The notes: generated by a model not told the origin, from the sequence alone. DNA of 64,000 nt from Gemmatimonadaceae bacterium (GCA_039915865.1 JBDSML010000177.1:3323-67322), one strand, 5' to 3'. Shown: positions 1 to 10,670, counted from the first letter of the stretch. Numbers and translations: made by a program.

Positions 1-125
1 GTGCGCTGAGTCATCCATGTGAACACCACGTGCACGACGTGCGCCACTGAAGGTGGCCGAGGTCGCCGGTGCATAGGGGCGGGCGAAGATGCTGATGGTG
101 CGCGAGGCGACACGCAAATACCACG

Positions 126-1343
126 TCACGGACGACTGAACACCGCGCCGTGCGGGATCCCCGCGGCAGAACCGCCATGGGGCCAGTGCTTGTTGTCCAT
201 ACGCACGCCGGGTGTCGTGGCACCAGCGTCGCGGAAGCGGCCGTCGAGGGAAAGGCGGCCAGTCGCTTCATCGAACTTCGCCATCATCACGCGATGCTTC
301 ATCCCCGCGTAACCCGTGATCACCACGCGCTTGTGGTTTGGCTCGATGGAGATCCAGTGCGGCACGTCGTCCTTGCCGAGCACCACGCGTGAGACCTCGC
401 GCGGCCTGGCGGGGTTCGAGATGTCGAGACTCACCACCGCGCTCAACGCCGGCACCGTAACGAGGTAGTAGTGGCCAGCGACGACGGGGATGGCGCAGGA
501 CGTCCCCTTCTTCTCCGGGAATGACGAGACGAGTGTCGCCGAGGGCGCTGTGCCGGCGATGCCATGCAGCAGATAGAGGCCGCAACTGAAGGTTGACACG
601 AGGACTGTCTTTCCGTCGGCAAGCAGACGCGGTTCTGCGGTGAATTCGCCCTCGTGCCCGCGTGGGCCGTTCGGCAGGTTGATCGTGGACAGCAGCGCGA
701 GGTCCGACAGACGCCACAACTGTACCGCGCGTACCGGCGACTCGCCGTCCATGTCGGTGGTGGTGGTCACGACACGATCGAGCGTCGGGATGATCGCTGC
801 CGAGTAGGGTCGGATGAGGCGGTCGACGCCGGCGCGGTTGTCCGAGACAGTGCGCACGATGGCGCCACGATTGGTCAGCTCGGCGATGCCGCCGGGCGCC
901 ATGCCGAGTGAGTCGTGCTGCATCTGGAACGTCGCGAGGACATTGCCGTTCGGGAGGCGGAGAAAGCTGTGCGGGTGCATCATGCCGCGCACGTCGCCGA
1001 ACTGTCCGGCGAGCTTCGGGTGTGCCGCGTCCGTCATGTCGAAGATGTAGGACTGCCCGCTGGCGAAGCCGTTCACGAAGAGGCGGCCGTCGGCCGGCAT
1101 CTCGTGCTCGCTGTGGTGGGGACCGTTGTTGGTGCCGGGCACTGGCACTGTCGTGAGGAGGCTTCCGTAGCGCGCGGACCTCGGGTCAGCGTCGAGGACG
1201 GCGAGGAAGTCCGGCTTCGTGGTGTCGGCAGAGGCGGTCCAGAGATAGAGATAGGGGCTCGGTGCCGCCGCCTGCGCGTGGATGGTGCCCGTCTGCGCGA
1301 TGGCGCCGAGGATGATCGCGCAGAACGCGCTTGTTCCGTTCAT
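126..1343 (-). CDS. SBP56-like (selenium-binding protein / methanethiol-oxidase family) secreted beta-propeller protein
   Basis: ORF 126..1400, trimmed to the internal Met (MNGTSAFCAIILGAIAQTG, signal-peptide-like). The body (YLYLWTASADTTKPDFLAVLDADP, GPHHSEHEM, HPHSF) matches my recollection of bacterial SBP56-family proteins. The family call is from memory only. Confidence 0.55.
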   Translation of the reverse strand: MNGTSAFCAIILGAIAQTGTIHAQAAAPSPYLYLWTASADTTKPDFLAVLDADPRSARYGSLLTTVPVPGTNNGPHHSEHEMPADGRLFVNGFASGQSYIFDMTDAAHPKLAGQFGDVRGMMHPHSFLRLPNGNVLATFQMQHDSLGMAPGGIAELTNRGAIVRTVSDNRAGVDRLIRPYSAAIIPTLDRVVTTTTDMDGESPVRAVQLWRLSDLALLSTINLPNGPRGHEGEFTAEPRLLADGKTVLVSTFSCGLYLLHGIAGTAPSATLVSSFPEKKGTSCAIPVVAGHYYLVTVPALSAVVSLDISNPARPREVSRVVLGKDDVPHWISIEPNHKRVVITGYAGMKHRVMMAKFDEATGRLSLDGRFRDAGATTPGVRMDNKHWPHGGSAAGIPHGAVFSRP

Positions 1344-1412
1344 GTCACAGGGGAGGAGAGATGGATTGTGTGAGGCGGCACGTGAGGATGTCCTGGACAC
1401 GACGCAACTACA

Positions 1413-2066
1413 TCACCGCATCCGACGCACCGCGACCATGTTCTGCACGTACCACGCGCCGCGATCACCATCGAGGTCGAGATAGCCCACCTGACCCATC
1501 GCCGACGACGCGTGAATGATGCGGCCGTCGCCGACGTAGATCGCCACGTGCGAGACGGCTTCCTTCGGCTCCGCGAAGAACAGCAGGTCGCCGGGAAGAA
1601 ACGCCGAGTAGTCGAGCGCCACGCTCTCGCCCGCGCGCGCCTGCTCGCGCGCGGTGCGCGGCAGTTGAATGCCCTGCCGCGCGAGGACGTACCGCGTGAA
1701 GCCCGAGCAGTCGAAGCCACTGTCGGGTGTGTTGCCGCCCCACACGTAGGTCGTGCCGACGTACCGGTCGGCAGTCTCGAGGATGCGGGCCGCGGCGGCG
1801 GTAGGAGCGGGCGACCGCGGGATCCGGACGCCAGCGGCGGAGCCAGATCCGGTCCTGCGACCCGACCCACTCGCACGCGTGGAGCGGTCGACGACATCGC
1901 CAATCATCACGGCGGCAGAGAGCACCTGTCCCGGCGAGAACTGGATACCCTGCGCGCACGCCGAGAGGATCAGCAGCGAAGACGCCGCGGCGGCTCGCGG
2001 AACCATGGAGGACAGACGCGGTGTCATGCCGTACGCCAAGGCAGCTTTGACGCCACGCATCTTCAT
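1413..2066 (-). CDS. NlpC/P60 (C40) cell-wall peptidase, lipoprotein
   Basis: VGTTYVWGGNTPDSGFDCSGF (catalytic Cys context) and SHVAIYVGDGRIIHAS (His). The N-terminus has the lipobox-like LILSAC. Confidence 0.85.
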   Translation of the reverse strand: MKMRGVKAALAYGMTPRLSSMVPRAAAASSLLILSACAQGIQFSPGQVLSAAVMIGDVVDRSTRASGSGRRTGSGSAAGVRIPRSPAPTAAAARILETADRYVGTTYVWGGNTPDSGFDCSGFTRYVLARQGIQLPRTAREQARAGESVALDYSAFLPGDLLFFAEPKEAVSHVAIYVGDGRIIHASSAMGQVGYLDLDGDRGAWYVQNMVAVRRMR

Positions 2067-2407
2067 GCCTTCAACCGGTTGCTGGCAAAGGAGTTACATG
2101 TTCGCCCGCGGGGAAACGCGATGCACAATCGCCCGCTTTTGAGGACAGGCTGATTGGCGCGGAGGAGACAGCGGGCCGCCGGGATATTGCGAAGAATGGA
2201 GGCGCGGGAGTGATGACCGTGCGGTGCAGGGCCTCGCCATGAGACGCATGCCCGAATGGTGCGCCGGAGCGGTACACCACCTTGCGGCGTGCTGCTGTCG
2301 AACGCAACTTCGCCGGAACCGTCACGGACGCTGCCCACGTAGTACCAGCCTGCGGTACCGACGACGACGTCGGCGCCGCTTCCTGTCAGTCCCTCACGAG
2401 GACACAG

Positions 2408-5400
2408 ATGCCGAGCTTCACACGCACCACCATCGCCGCGGCGCTTGCCGCTGCGATGCTCGTTTCACCCCGACTCGCGCGAGGCCAGTCGGGCACTGTT
2501 GCCGGCACCGTCATCGCCGACGGGTCGCGCCGTCCGCTGGCCGGCGTACAGGTCACGGTGCAAGGCGACCGGTCACGAGGCGTCCTCACCGATGCCAATG
2601 GTCGCTTTCGCCTCACCGGCGTCGCAGGATCCGGCGTCACGCTGAACGCCCGCATGCTGGGCTTCCGTCCCGCGTCGCAAACCGTCTCCGTCGGCGCGAC
2701 CGACATTCGCTTCTCACTGTCGGAGCAGCCGCTCGACCTGGATGCGATCGTCATCTCCGGCACGGCTGGCGGTGAGCAGAAGCGCGCGCTGGGGACGTCG
2801 GTCGCGTCGATCAACGTGGCGGACGTCCAGAATCAGACGTCGGTTCCGTCGATCGAAGGGTTGCTCGTGGGGCGCGCGCCGGGCGTCACGGTGCTGCCGG
2901 GCACGGGCATGGTGGGCGCCGGCGCGATCGTGCGCATCCGCGGCATCGGGTCCTTCTCGCTCTCCAGTGATCCGCTGATCTATGTGGACGGCGTGCGGGT
3001 GAACAACCAGACCGGGACCGGAAATGCCGTGCAGGCGTTCGGCTCTGCGGTCGTCTCGCGATTGAATGACTTCAATCCGGACGAGATCGAGAACATCGAG
3101 GTATTGAAGGGGCCCGCAGCGGCAACGCTCTATGGCACGGAAGCGGCCCGCGGGGTCATCAACATCATCACGAAGAAGGGCATCGCGGGCGGCACGAAGT
3201 TCGTGATCCAGGGGCGCTCGGGAGCCAACTGGTTCCAGGACGCCGAGGGCCGCATTGCCACGAACTACTGCTATGCGAAGACCAATCCCAACTGCCGGAT
3301 GAGTCCGACCGACACGACGATGTACAGCCTCAACGTCGTGAAGCAGGAGAACGCGCGCGGCACGCCGATCTTCCGGACGGGGAAGGTGAGCAACTACAGC
3401 GGGAACGTGAGCGGAGGCGCCAACCAGCTGCGCTTCTTCGCCAGCGGCGAGGTGGGTGACGACCAGGGGGCAGAGCCGAACAACGAGCGCCGCGCACGTT
3501 CGTTCCGCACCAACCTCACCGTCACGCCGAGCGAGAAGGTGGACGTCCAGACCAACTTCGGCTACGTCACCAGCAGCACGTCGCTGAGCTGCGAAGGTGG
3601 ATGCGGCGGCGCGATGTGGGGCTCGATGTACTCGAACCCGGCCAACCTGCCACAGTTCTGCGCCGCGGGTGATTTCGGTTGCAGCATCGTGCGCGGCTTC
3701 CAGAGTCAGCCGCCCGAGGTGGATCGCGCGCAGCAGGACTGGCAGGACCTCAACCGGCTCACGGCCAGCGGGACGATCACCTACAACCCATTCTCGTGGC
3801 TCTCCAACCGTCTGTCGGTCGGCACGGACTACGCTCGAGAAGGTAACATCCAGTACGTGCCGTATCTCACCAACGACACCCTTGCCTACTTCTGGGGCGC
3901 GTACGCGAACGGCTACCGGTACAACAACCAGCACCAGGCGATCTACAACACGTACGACTACAACGGGTCGGCACGCTATAACGTCACGAACGCCTGGAAC
4001 GGCAAGAGCTCGGTGGGCGTGCAGTACTACACGCGCGACGACTCCTACATCCAGGGTGAAGGCGACTTCTTCCCGGCCCCGGGCCTGCAGACGATCCTCG
4101 CTGCCGGACTGCAGACCGGCCTCCAGGACGGATGGTCGGCCAACAAGACGTTCGGCTACTACGGCCAGCAGGAAGTCTCGTGGAACCAGCGGTTGTACCT
4201 GACCGGGGCGCTGCGCGTGGACAACAACAGCGCGTTCGGCAACCAGGTGCATTGGGTCACGTATCCCAAGGCGAGCATCTCGTACGTCGCGAGCGATGAC
4301 CCGGCGATCAAGTCGCACATGCCGAGGTTCATGAACTCCTTGCGGCTCCGTGCTGCCTACGGCGCCTCGGGGCAGCAGCCGGCGGCGCTCACCGCACTCC
4401 AGACACTGCAATCGGTGACAGGGACGGGTGGCAAGGGTGCGCTCACGCCGCTGCAGCTCGGCAACCCCGACCTCCGGCCCGAGCACGTGCTCGGCACCGA
4501 AGCGGGATTCGAGACGAGCCTGCTCGACGATCACGTCGGCGTGGACTTCACGTATTTCCACGAGGTGTCGAACGACGCGATTCTCTCGCGCCAGATCGCG
4601 CCATCGACCGGCTTCGGCGGCACGCAGTTCTTCAATGCCGGCCAGATCGTGAAGCAGGGGATCGAGCTTGGCATCAAGACGCAGATCCTCAATCGGGCGA
4701 ACTACGGTTGGGACATGAACGTCAACATCGCCACGAACTCCGGGAAGATCACGACGTTGAATGGCAAGGATACCACGATCGACCTCGGCAGCTACTCGCA
4801 CCGCGTGAATTACGCGCCCTTCGACTGGATGTCGTACAAGGTGCTCAGCGCGCAGTTCGATCCGATCACGCAGAAGGCGATCAATGCGATGTGCGACAAC
4901 GGCAGCGGGCAGCCGATGGCGTGCTACGATGCCAGCGGCAAGATCATCGCGCCGAAGGTGTTCATCGGGCATTCGCTACCGACGCTCACCGGCTCGCTGA
5001 CGAACACGATCCGCTTCGCCAAGAACATTCGCGTGTACGGGATGCTCGATTACGCGTCGGGGTACAAGCGGCTCGACAACAACATCCGCATCCGCTGCCA
5101 GATCTTTCACACCTGCCTCGAGTACCTGCTGCCGGCGACGACGGATCCCGTGCGGCTCGTGCAGATGCAGAGCAACGGCACGCTGCGTGAGTTCGTCTTC
5201 AGCGACGCCGGGTACGTCAAGCTGCGCGAACTGTCGCTGTCGCTCGACGTGCCGTCGTCCCTGGCCGCTCGCGCCGGCGCACACGACGTGGCCGTCGTCC
5301 TGTCGGGGCGTAATCTCCACACGTGGAGCAGCTACACCGGCCTCGACCCGGAGAGCCGCTTCGTGTCCAACAACGGGCCCGGCATCGACCAGTCGGTCCT

Positions 5401-5446
5401 GCCGCAACTGACGTCGTTCGTGTTCACCGTCCGCCTGGGCTACTGA
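2408..5446 (+). CDS. SusC/RagA-type TonB-dependent outer-membrane receptor with N-terminal carboxypeptidase-regulatory-like domain
   Basis: ORF 2282..5446, trimmed to the Met before a signal peptide (MPSFTRTTIAAALAAAMLVSPRLARGQ). It has GTVAGTVIADGSRRPLAGVQV (CarbopepD_reg-like), plug motifs (IENIEVLKGPAAATLYGTEAARGVINIITK) and a C-terminal ...FVFTVRLGY. A SusD-like gene follows. Confidence 0.9.
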   Translation: MPSFTRTTIAAALAAAMLVSPRLARGQSGTVAGTVIADGSRRPLAGVQVTVQGDRSRGVLTDANGRFRLTGVAGSGVTLNARMLGFRPASQTVSVGATDIRFSLSEQPLDLDAIVISGTAGGEQKRALGTSVASINVADVQNQTSVPSIEGLLVGRAPGVTVLPGTGMVGAGAIVRIRGIGSFSLSSDPLIYVDGVRVNNQTGTGNAVQAFGSAVVSRLNDFNPDEIENIEVLKGPAAATLYGTEAARGVINIITKKGIAGGTKFVIQGRSGANWFQDAEGRIATNYCYAKTNPNCRMSPTDTTMYSLNVVKQENARGTPIFRTGKVSNYSGNVSGGANQLRFFASGEVGDDQGAEPNNERRARSFRTNLTVTPSEKVDVQTNFGYVTSSTSLSCEGGCGGAMWGSMYSNPANLPQFCAAGDFGCSIVRGFQSQPPEVDRAQQDWQDLNRLTASGTITYNPFSWLSNRLSVGTDYAREGNIQYVPYLTNDTLAYFWGAYANGYRYNNQHQAIYNTYDYNGSARYNVTNAWNGKSSVGVQYYTRDDSYIQGEGDFFPAPGLQTILAAGLQTGLQDGWSANKTFGYYGQQEVSWNQRLYLTGALRVDNNSAFGNQVHWVTYPKASISYVASDDPAIKSHMPRFMNSLRLRAAYGASGQQPAALTALQTLQSVTGTGGKGALTPLQLGNPDLRPEHVLGTEAGFETSLLDDHVGVDFTYFHEVSNDAILSRQIAPSTGFGGTQFFNAGQIVKQGIELGIKTQILNRANYGWDMNVNIATNSGKITTLNGKDTTIDLGSYSHRVNYAPFDWMSYKVLSAQFDPITQKAINAMCDNGSGQPMACYDASGKIIAPKVFIGHSLPTLTGSLTNTIRFAKNIRVYGMLDYASGYKRLDNNIRIRCQIFHTCLEYLLPATTDPVRLVQMQSNGTLREFVFSDAGYVKLRELSLSLDVPSSLAARAGAHDVAVVLSGRNLHTWSSYTGLDPESRFVSNNGPGIDQSVLPQLTSFVFTVRLGY

Positions 5447-5481
5447 GTATTCGTGGCTCACGCACGCGTGAGCTCCTTCAC

Positions 5482-6816
5482 ATGAGGATGGGATCAACGA
5501 TGCGATTCATTCATGACAGCACCAGCGCCCGACCGACGTCGTCGCTGCGCGCACTCCGCGCCCTCGCGTTCGTCGTCGTGGCGATCACGATGGTCACGGC
5601 GGCGGCGTGCGATACGCAGCGGCTGCTCGACGTCAGCACGCCGAACAACGTTCCCGTCGCGATCCTCGACGATCCGGCGAACGCGATACTGATGGTCAAC
5701 AGCGCGATCACCGACTTCGAGTGCGCGTACTCGTCCGCGGTGTTGGTCGAAGGCATCATCTCCGATGAACTGGCCGACGCGCAGCTCGGGGCCGCCGGCT
5801 GGCCATACGACCGGCGCGACGCCAACACGCAGACCAACGGCATCTACGGCTCCAACGGCTGCAACAGCGCGCAGAATCCCGGCATCTACACGCCGCTGGC
5901 GACGGCGCGCTGGGACGCCGATCACGCGGTCAAGAACCTCACCGGCTATTCCGATGCCCAGGTGCCGACGCGCCAGCTCCTGCTCGCCCAGTCGAACCTG
6001 TACGCGGGCTTCAGCTACGCCATGATGGGCGTGTCGATGTGCCAGGCGGCCTTCGATCTCGGCCCCGCGGTGGACCAGAAGGGCATGTTCGCGCTCGCCG
6101 AACAACGGTTCACCGCCGCGATCGCGGCGGGACAGGGCGCGGGCAACACGGCCATCGTCACCGCGGCCTACGGCGGCCGGGCGCGTGTTCGATTGTATCA
6201 GGGCAACAACGCTGGCGCGGCCACCGACGCGGCGCTCGTACCTCCGGGCTTCGTGTACAACGCCACGTACGACGTGACCAACGCGCGCCGATACAATCGT
6301 GTCTTCTCCTCGACCGCCCAATTCGGCAACTACACCGTCGAGAACCAGTCGCTGAACCTGAAGACGGAGAACGGCGAAGTGGACCCGCGGTCACAGTCGA
6401 ACCTCACCACCACACGTCCTGCCGACGCCAAGTCGCAGATCTACGTTCCGGTGAAGTACGCCGCCGATGGTGCCGTGCCGATCCCGATGCTCGCGTACAA
6501 GGAAGCGCAGCTCATTCTTGCCGAAGCCCAGGGCGGCGCGTCGGCGGTGACGATCATCAACGCGATGCGCACCACCGCCGGCCTCAAGCCGTACATCGGT
6601 GCGACGGACGCCGCATCCATCAAGTCACTGATCATCGACGAGCGGCGACGGGTGCTCTTTGCCGAGGGGTTGCGCAACTACGACATCCAGCGGTTCAACA
6701 TTCCCTTCAATCCCGCCGTCGGGACGCCCTTCCCGATCAAGGGCGGTACGTACGGCAACACCGTATGCCTGCCGCTGCCCGACGTCGAGCGGTTCAACAA
6801 TCCGAACATCACGTGA
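5482..6816 (+). CDS. SusD/RagB-family nutrient-binding outer-membrane lipoprotein
   Basis: ORF 5323..6816, trimmed past the SusC stop. The lipobox is VTAAAC. It lies immediately downstream of SusC and has a typical SusD-like C-terminal region (RRVLFAEGLRNYDIQRF). An alternative start exists at 5500. Confidence 0.8.
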   Translation: MRMGSTMRFIHDSTSARPTSSLRALRALAFVVVAITMVTAAACDTQRLLDVSTPNNVPVAILDDPANAILMVNSAITDFECAYSSAVLVEGIISDELADAQLGAAGWPYDRRDANTQTNGIYGSNGCNSAQNPGIYTPLATARWDADHAVKNLTGYSDAQVPTRQLLLAQSNLYAGFSYAMMGVSMCQAAFDLGPAVDQKGMFALAEQRFTAAIAAGQGAGNTAIVTAAYGGRARVRLYQGNNAGAATDAALVPPGFVYNATYDVTNARRYNRVFSSTAQFGNYTVENQSLNLKTENGEVDPRSQSNLTTTRPADAKSQIYVPVKYAADGAVPIPMLAYKEAQLILAEAQGGASAVTIINAMRTTAGLKPYIGATDAASIKSLIIDERRRVLFAEGLRNYDIQRFNIPFNPAVGTPFPIKGGTYGNTVCLPLPDVERFNNPNIT

Positions 6817-6824
6817 ACAAGCTG

Positions 6825-8405
6825 ATGAAGAAGACGCTGGCCATCGCGTTGAGTGTCCTGATGGCCGTCAACACCGGGAGCGCGCAGCGCGCTCCCGGTG
6901 TGATGGCGAAAATTCAGGAGATCGCACGTCGACCCGAACTCGTGCATGCCACGTTCGGCGTCGCCGCGTACGACCTGGATGCGAAGCAAATGGTGTTCGG
7001 CCTGAACGCAGCGCAACTGTTCACGCCGGGATCCACGACGAAGCTGCTCACGATGGGAACGGCGCTCGGGCTGCTGGGCGCCAGTCATCGCTTTCACACA
7101 CCGGTCTACCGCACCGGCCCAATCCAGGGCGGCGTTCTCAAGGGCGACCTGGTGATCGTCGCGAGTGGTGATCCCAACCTGTCCGGTCGCATCGTCGGGG
7201 ACACGCTGGGGTTCGCCAATCACGATCACTCGTACGCGGGTGGCGGTGACTCAACGGCATTCGCCATCGGCGATCCCCTGTTCGTGATGCGCGAGCTGGC
7301 GTCGCAAGTCGCGGCGAGGGGCATCACCCAGATCGACGGTCGCATCCTCGTCGACCTCAGCCTGTTTCCTGCGGGCGAGCGTGAGCTTGGTACCGGTGTC
7401 GTCATCTCGCCGATCGTCGTCAACGACAACGTCGTGGACCTGTTGATCAGCGCGGGCGCCAAGGTGGGCGATCCGGCAGTCGTCAAGGTCTCACCCGACC
7501 TGGGTCTGTTCACCGTGTCGAACGAAGTGGTGACGGGCGCGCCGCGGTCCACCTCCTCGCTCGAACGCACCATCGTGCGCGACGCGACGGGTCGCATGAA
7601 CGTACGGGTGATTGGCGCGTACGCTGCGGACGCGGCGCCGAGTGTCATGGACGTCGTGGTGGATGATCCGACCGAGTTGGCGGTCCGTGCGTTCTCGGCG
7701 GCGCTGAAGGCCCGCGGGATCGTCGTGCGGGGAGGCTCGTCGTCGGGAGTCGACTACGCGCAATTGGCCACGCGCTATGGTGACTCGACACGTGTGGCCG
7801 AGCATGTCTCGCTGCCGTTGAGCGAGGAGATCAAGGTGACGCTCAAGGTGAGCCAGAACCTGCATGCCAGCATGATGCCCTATGTGCTTGGCGCCATCGT
7901 CGGCCGTGCGAAAGCGGATGGGGCGCTGGATGCGGGTTTCAAGGCCGAACACGATTTCCTCGAGCGTGCCGGTCTCGATCTCACCGCGGCGGCGCAGGGC
8001 GACGGAGCGGGTGGTGCACCCGGCGCGTTCTACTCGCCGGAGTTCATGGTGCAGTATCTCGCGTACATGGCGTCGCGACCGGACATTGCGGTGTTCCACA
8101 AGGCGCTGCCCATTCTCGGCCGCGATGGGACTCTGTTCAACATTCAGCCGAACTCGCCGGCGGCCGGCAAGGTGTTCGCGAAGACGGGGACGTTCTCGCT
8201 CTTCGATCCGCTCGGCCGACGTCAGATCATCACCGGAAAGGGCATTGCCGGATACATGACGACGTCGGATGGCAAGCGACTCGCGTTCGCCATCTACGGC
8301 AACCGGATTCCGTTCCCGCCAGGCTATCAGGGTGACGCGGCGCTGCTCGTCGGGCAGGCGCTCGGTGAGATCGCTTCGGCGCTCTGGGGAGCGCCGCTGC
8401 TGTGA
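6825..8405 (+). CDS. dacB: D-alanyl-D-alanine carboxypeptidase/endopeptidase (PBP4, peptidase S13)
   Basis: ORF 6039..8405, trimmed to MKKTLAIALSVLMAV (signal peptide) just after the SusD stop. SxxK motif in FTPGSTTKLLT; KTG motif in VFAKTGTF. Confidence 0.85.
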   Translation: MKKTLAIALSVLMAVNTGSAQRAPGVMAKIQEIARRPELVHATFGVAAYDLDAKQMVFGLNAAQLFTPGSTTKLLTMGTALGLLGASHRFHTPVYRTGPIQGGVLKGDLVIVASGDPNLSGRIVGDTLGFANHDHSYAGGGDSTAFAIGDPLFVMRELASQVAARGITQIDGRILVDLSLFPAGERELGTGVVISPIVVNDNVVDLLISAGAKVGDPAVVKVSPDLGLFTVSNEVVTGAPRSTSSLERTIVRDATGRMNVRVIGAYAADAAPSVMDVVVDDPTELAVRAFSAALKARGIVVRGGSSSGVDYAQLATRYGDSTRVAEHVSLPLSEEIKVTLKVSQNLHASMMPYVLGAIVGRAKADGALDAGFKAEHDFLERAGLDLTAAAQGDGAGGAPGAFYSPEFMVQYLAYMASRPDIAVFHKALPILGRDGTLFNIQPNSPAAGKVFAKTGTFSLFDPLGRRQIITGKGIAGYMTTSDGKRLAFAIYGNRIPFPPGYQGDAALLVGQALGEIASALWGAPLL

Positions 8406-8923
8406 TCGAATTCGTAGCGGCGCTTGTTGCCTTGAGCTTGTTGATTCCGATCGTGCCAGCCAACGCGCTCGGGCTGAGTACCGCGTCCCGCGCATCTCAC
8501 GTCGCCGCGGCACCACTCGGCGGCGCAGCCACGTCCACCGATTCTGCTGACGCCGTCGCCGCCGTCGAACGCCTGCATGCTGCACTGGCGCGAGGTGACA
8601 GCGTCGCGGTGCTCGCGTTGCTCGCTCCCGACGTCATCATCCTCGAGTCAGGGGACATGGAGCGGCGCGATGCGTATCGAGGACATCATCTTCCCGCCGA
8701 CATCGAATTTGCGCGCGCCGTACCTGGCACGCATACAGTCGTTGGTGTCGTCGTTCAAGGCGACGTCGCGTGGGTGAGTTCGACGAGCGTCACCAGGGGG
8801 ACGTTCAAGGATCGGGCGATCAACTCGGCCGGAGCAGAGCTGATCGTGCTTTCGCGCCGAGATGCGAAGTCACCATGGCAGATCCGTGCGGTTCATTGGT
8901 CGTCGCGCAGACGGGCCTCGTGA
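8402..8923 (+). CDS. NTF2-like (SnoaL/DUF4440-type) secreted protein
   Basis: The GTG start overlaps the dacB stop by 4 nt. It has a signal-like N-terminus. VAAVERLHAALARGDSVAVLALLAPDVIILE...WQIRAVHWS is typical of the NTF2-like fold family. Confidence 0.65.
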   Translation: MIEFVAALVALSLLIPIVPANALGLSTASRASHVAAAPLGGAATSTDSADAVAAVERLHAALARGDSVAVLALLAPDVIILESGDMERRDAYRGHHLPADIEFARAVPGTHTVVGVVVQGDVAWVSSTSVTRGTFKDRAINSAGAELIVLSRRDAKSPWQIRAVHWSSRRRAS

Positions 8924-8974
8924 GCCGCCGTAAGTAGGCTGACGTCGATGAGTCACCGTCATCGGCGAATGCCC

Positions 8975-9667
8975 TCAGCCCAATCGTGCCGCGGCCTTGC
9001 GCACCGCATCCTCTCGCACCTCGAGCGACCCCTGGGCCCGCTGTAGCACCGCGTCACGCACAGCGGCGGAGGCCGTGCCTGGTAGGCCACTGTGAAATGG
9101 TGGTGCAGGCTGATACTCGATGGCCAGTTGAATTTCTTCTGCTGTGGTTTGTCCAAACAGTTTCGCGGCGACAACCAGCCCGAAATCAATGCCGGCAGTG
9201 ACGCCCCCACCCGTGATGCGATCTCGGTCGACGACCACGCGTTGCTCGACAGGGTCTGCACCGAACACGTGCAGCATGTGGTGGGACATCCAGTGCGTCG
9301 TCGCACGGTAGCCCTTCAGGAGGCCGGCGGCGCCGAGGATGAGCGAGCCGCTGCAAACCGCGGTCAGATATCGCGCGCGGCCCTCATGCGCACGAAGGAA
9401 TGCCAGCGTCTCTTCATTCGCCAGTTGCTCGTTGACTCCCCACCCACCGGGGACGCAGAGAATGTCCTGGGCGTCCGTGTCCGCGAACGTGCAATCGGGA
9501 GTGATGGTGAGCCCCCACTCCGTTCGCACCGGATCAGTGGTCGCGGACAGCAACGAGACGGTCGTGTTGGGCATTCTGCAGAAGACCTCATACGGTCCGG
9601 TCAGGTCCAGTTGCGTCATGCCGGGAAACAGCAGCATGCCAACCGTGAGGTCTCGATTCATCATCAC
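8975..9667 (-). CDS. DJ-1/PfpI-family protein (isocyanide-hydratase / GlxA-like amidotransferase fold)
   Basis: Nucleophile-elbow motif AVCSGSLILGAAGLL, plus GYRATTHW and ITGGGVTAGIDFGL. It is divergent from an AraC regulator, which is the usual pairing. Confidence 0.85.
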   Translation of the reverse strand: MMMNRDLTVGMLLFPGMTQLDLTGPYEVFCRMPNTTVSLLSATTDPVRTEWGLTITPDCTFADTDAQDILCVPGGWGVNEQLANEETLAFLRAHEGRARYLTAVCSGSLILGAAGLLKGYRATTHWMSHHMLHVFGADPVEQRVVVDRDRITGGGVTAGIDFGLVVAAKLFGQTTAEEIQLAIEYQPAPPFHSGLPGTASAAVRDAVLQRAQGSLEVREDAVRKAAARLG

Positions 9668-9815
9668 ACCGTCCTCGGGAAGGGCTGTCTCATCGCGCCG
9701 AAATTGAGATGTTGTCGCTTGATCGAGCAGGGCAACATCGCGTTGAACGTCGGCCGGCTATAGTATCCGAAGCGCATTTTGGTAGAATCGGCGTTCCTCC
9801 TGGTCGCGCCTCCGC

Positions 9816-10670
9816 GTGGTCGGGATGCCTTGGTCTCCCGCCCAGCACCCAATGAGCGACCTGATTCGGCTGGGTCATTTCATCGGCGCGCCAGCACACG
9901 CCCAGGCGTACGAGGGCGTGTCGATCGTCGAGACCACGTATGCCACGGGCACCGTCATCGCGCCACACGCACATGATGCGGCGCTGATCACGCTCGTGTT
10001 GAGCGGCGATTCGACGGAGGAGAATCGCGGGCGCTCGCGGGCTCTCGAGGCGCAAACGCTCCTGTTCACGCCCGCGCACGAGATGCATGGGCATCTGTTT
10101 CGGAACGCGGGGCGATGGTTGAACATGCAGGTGTCGGACGCGTGGTTGACGAGAGTCGCGGCAGGGAGCGCCCCACTGCCGCTCGTGCCGCAGCTGGTGA
10201 AGCATCACACGGCTGTCGCGTGGGCGACTCGAATCCGCACCGAGTTGCGGCAGCATGATGCCGTGTCACAACTGGCGATCGAGGGGGCACTGCTCCTCCT
10301 GCTGACCGACCTCTCGCGGATCGAGAAGAGTGGGGAGCGCACACGACCGCGCTGGCTCGTCGCCGTCGAAAACGCGATCGAAGCATCCGTCGCCGCCCCG
10401 CCGTCCCTCGACGACCTCGCGGCGATGACGGGGGTGCATGCATCGCACCTGCTGCGGACGTTTCGGCGCTACAATGGAATGACGATCGCCAACTACGTGC
10501 GCAAACGCCGGATTGAACGCGCGCGCTCCAGCATAGCGCTCACCAACCGACCGCTGTCGGAGATAGCGCTCGACGCGGGCTTTGCGGACCAGTCACACCT
10601 GACGCGAGTGTTCCGTCAGACGTACGGAGAAACGCCAGGCCAGTACGCGCGGTCGTTGCGAGGCCGGTAG
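9816..10670 (+). CDS. AraC-family transcriptional regulator
   Basis: C-terminal double HTH (LDDLAAMTGVHASHLLRTFRRYNGMTIANYVRKRRIERA...IALDAGFADQSHLTRVFRQTYGETPGQY). The N-terminus is cupin-like. Confidence 0.9.
   Translation: MVGMPWSPAQHPMSDLIRLGHFIGAPAHAQAYEGVSIVETTYATGTVIAPHAHDAALITLVLSGDSTEENRGRSRALEAQTLLFTPAHEMHGHLFRNAGRWLNMQVSDAWLTRVAAGSAPLPLVPQLVKHHTAVAWATRIRTELRQHDAVSQLAIEGALLLLLTDLSRIEKSGERTRPRWLVAVENAIEASVAAPPSLDDLAAMTGVHASHLLRTFRRYNGMTIANYVRKRRIERARSSIALTNRPLSEIALDAGFADQSHLTRVFRQTYGETPGQYARSLRGR

Noticed and set aside
2067-2407. Riboswitch (for example cobalamin) in the 340-nt leader upstream of the first SusC gene
   Set aside because: I could not find a B12-box-like GCCACTG element or any other riboswitch core by eye. 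It remains unassigned rather than called.
2714-4972. 752-aa minus-strand ORF covering most of the SusC gene
   Set aside because: It is antisense to a gene with unmistakable TonB-dependent receptor motifs. Its product is Arg/Ala/Val/Asp-rich low-complexity sequence, typical of open antisense frames in high-G+C DNA.
6039-6824. N-terminal extensions of track ORFs over neighbouring genes (6039-6824 of the PBP4 ORF, 19228-20187 of the haemoglobin ORF, 40449-41441 of the permease ORF, 61710-62912 of the GDE_C-like ORF, 20516-21172 of the orphan ORF)
   Set aside because: The extensions overlap well-supported genes in another frame or strand. Each true gene has a sensible internal start with a signal peptide or conserved N-terminus.
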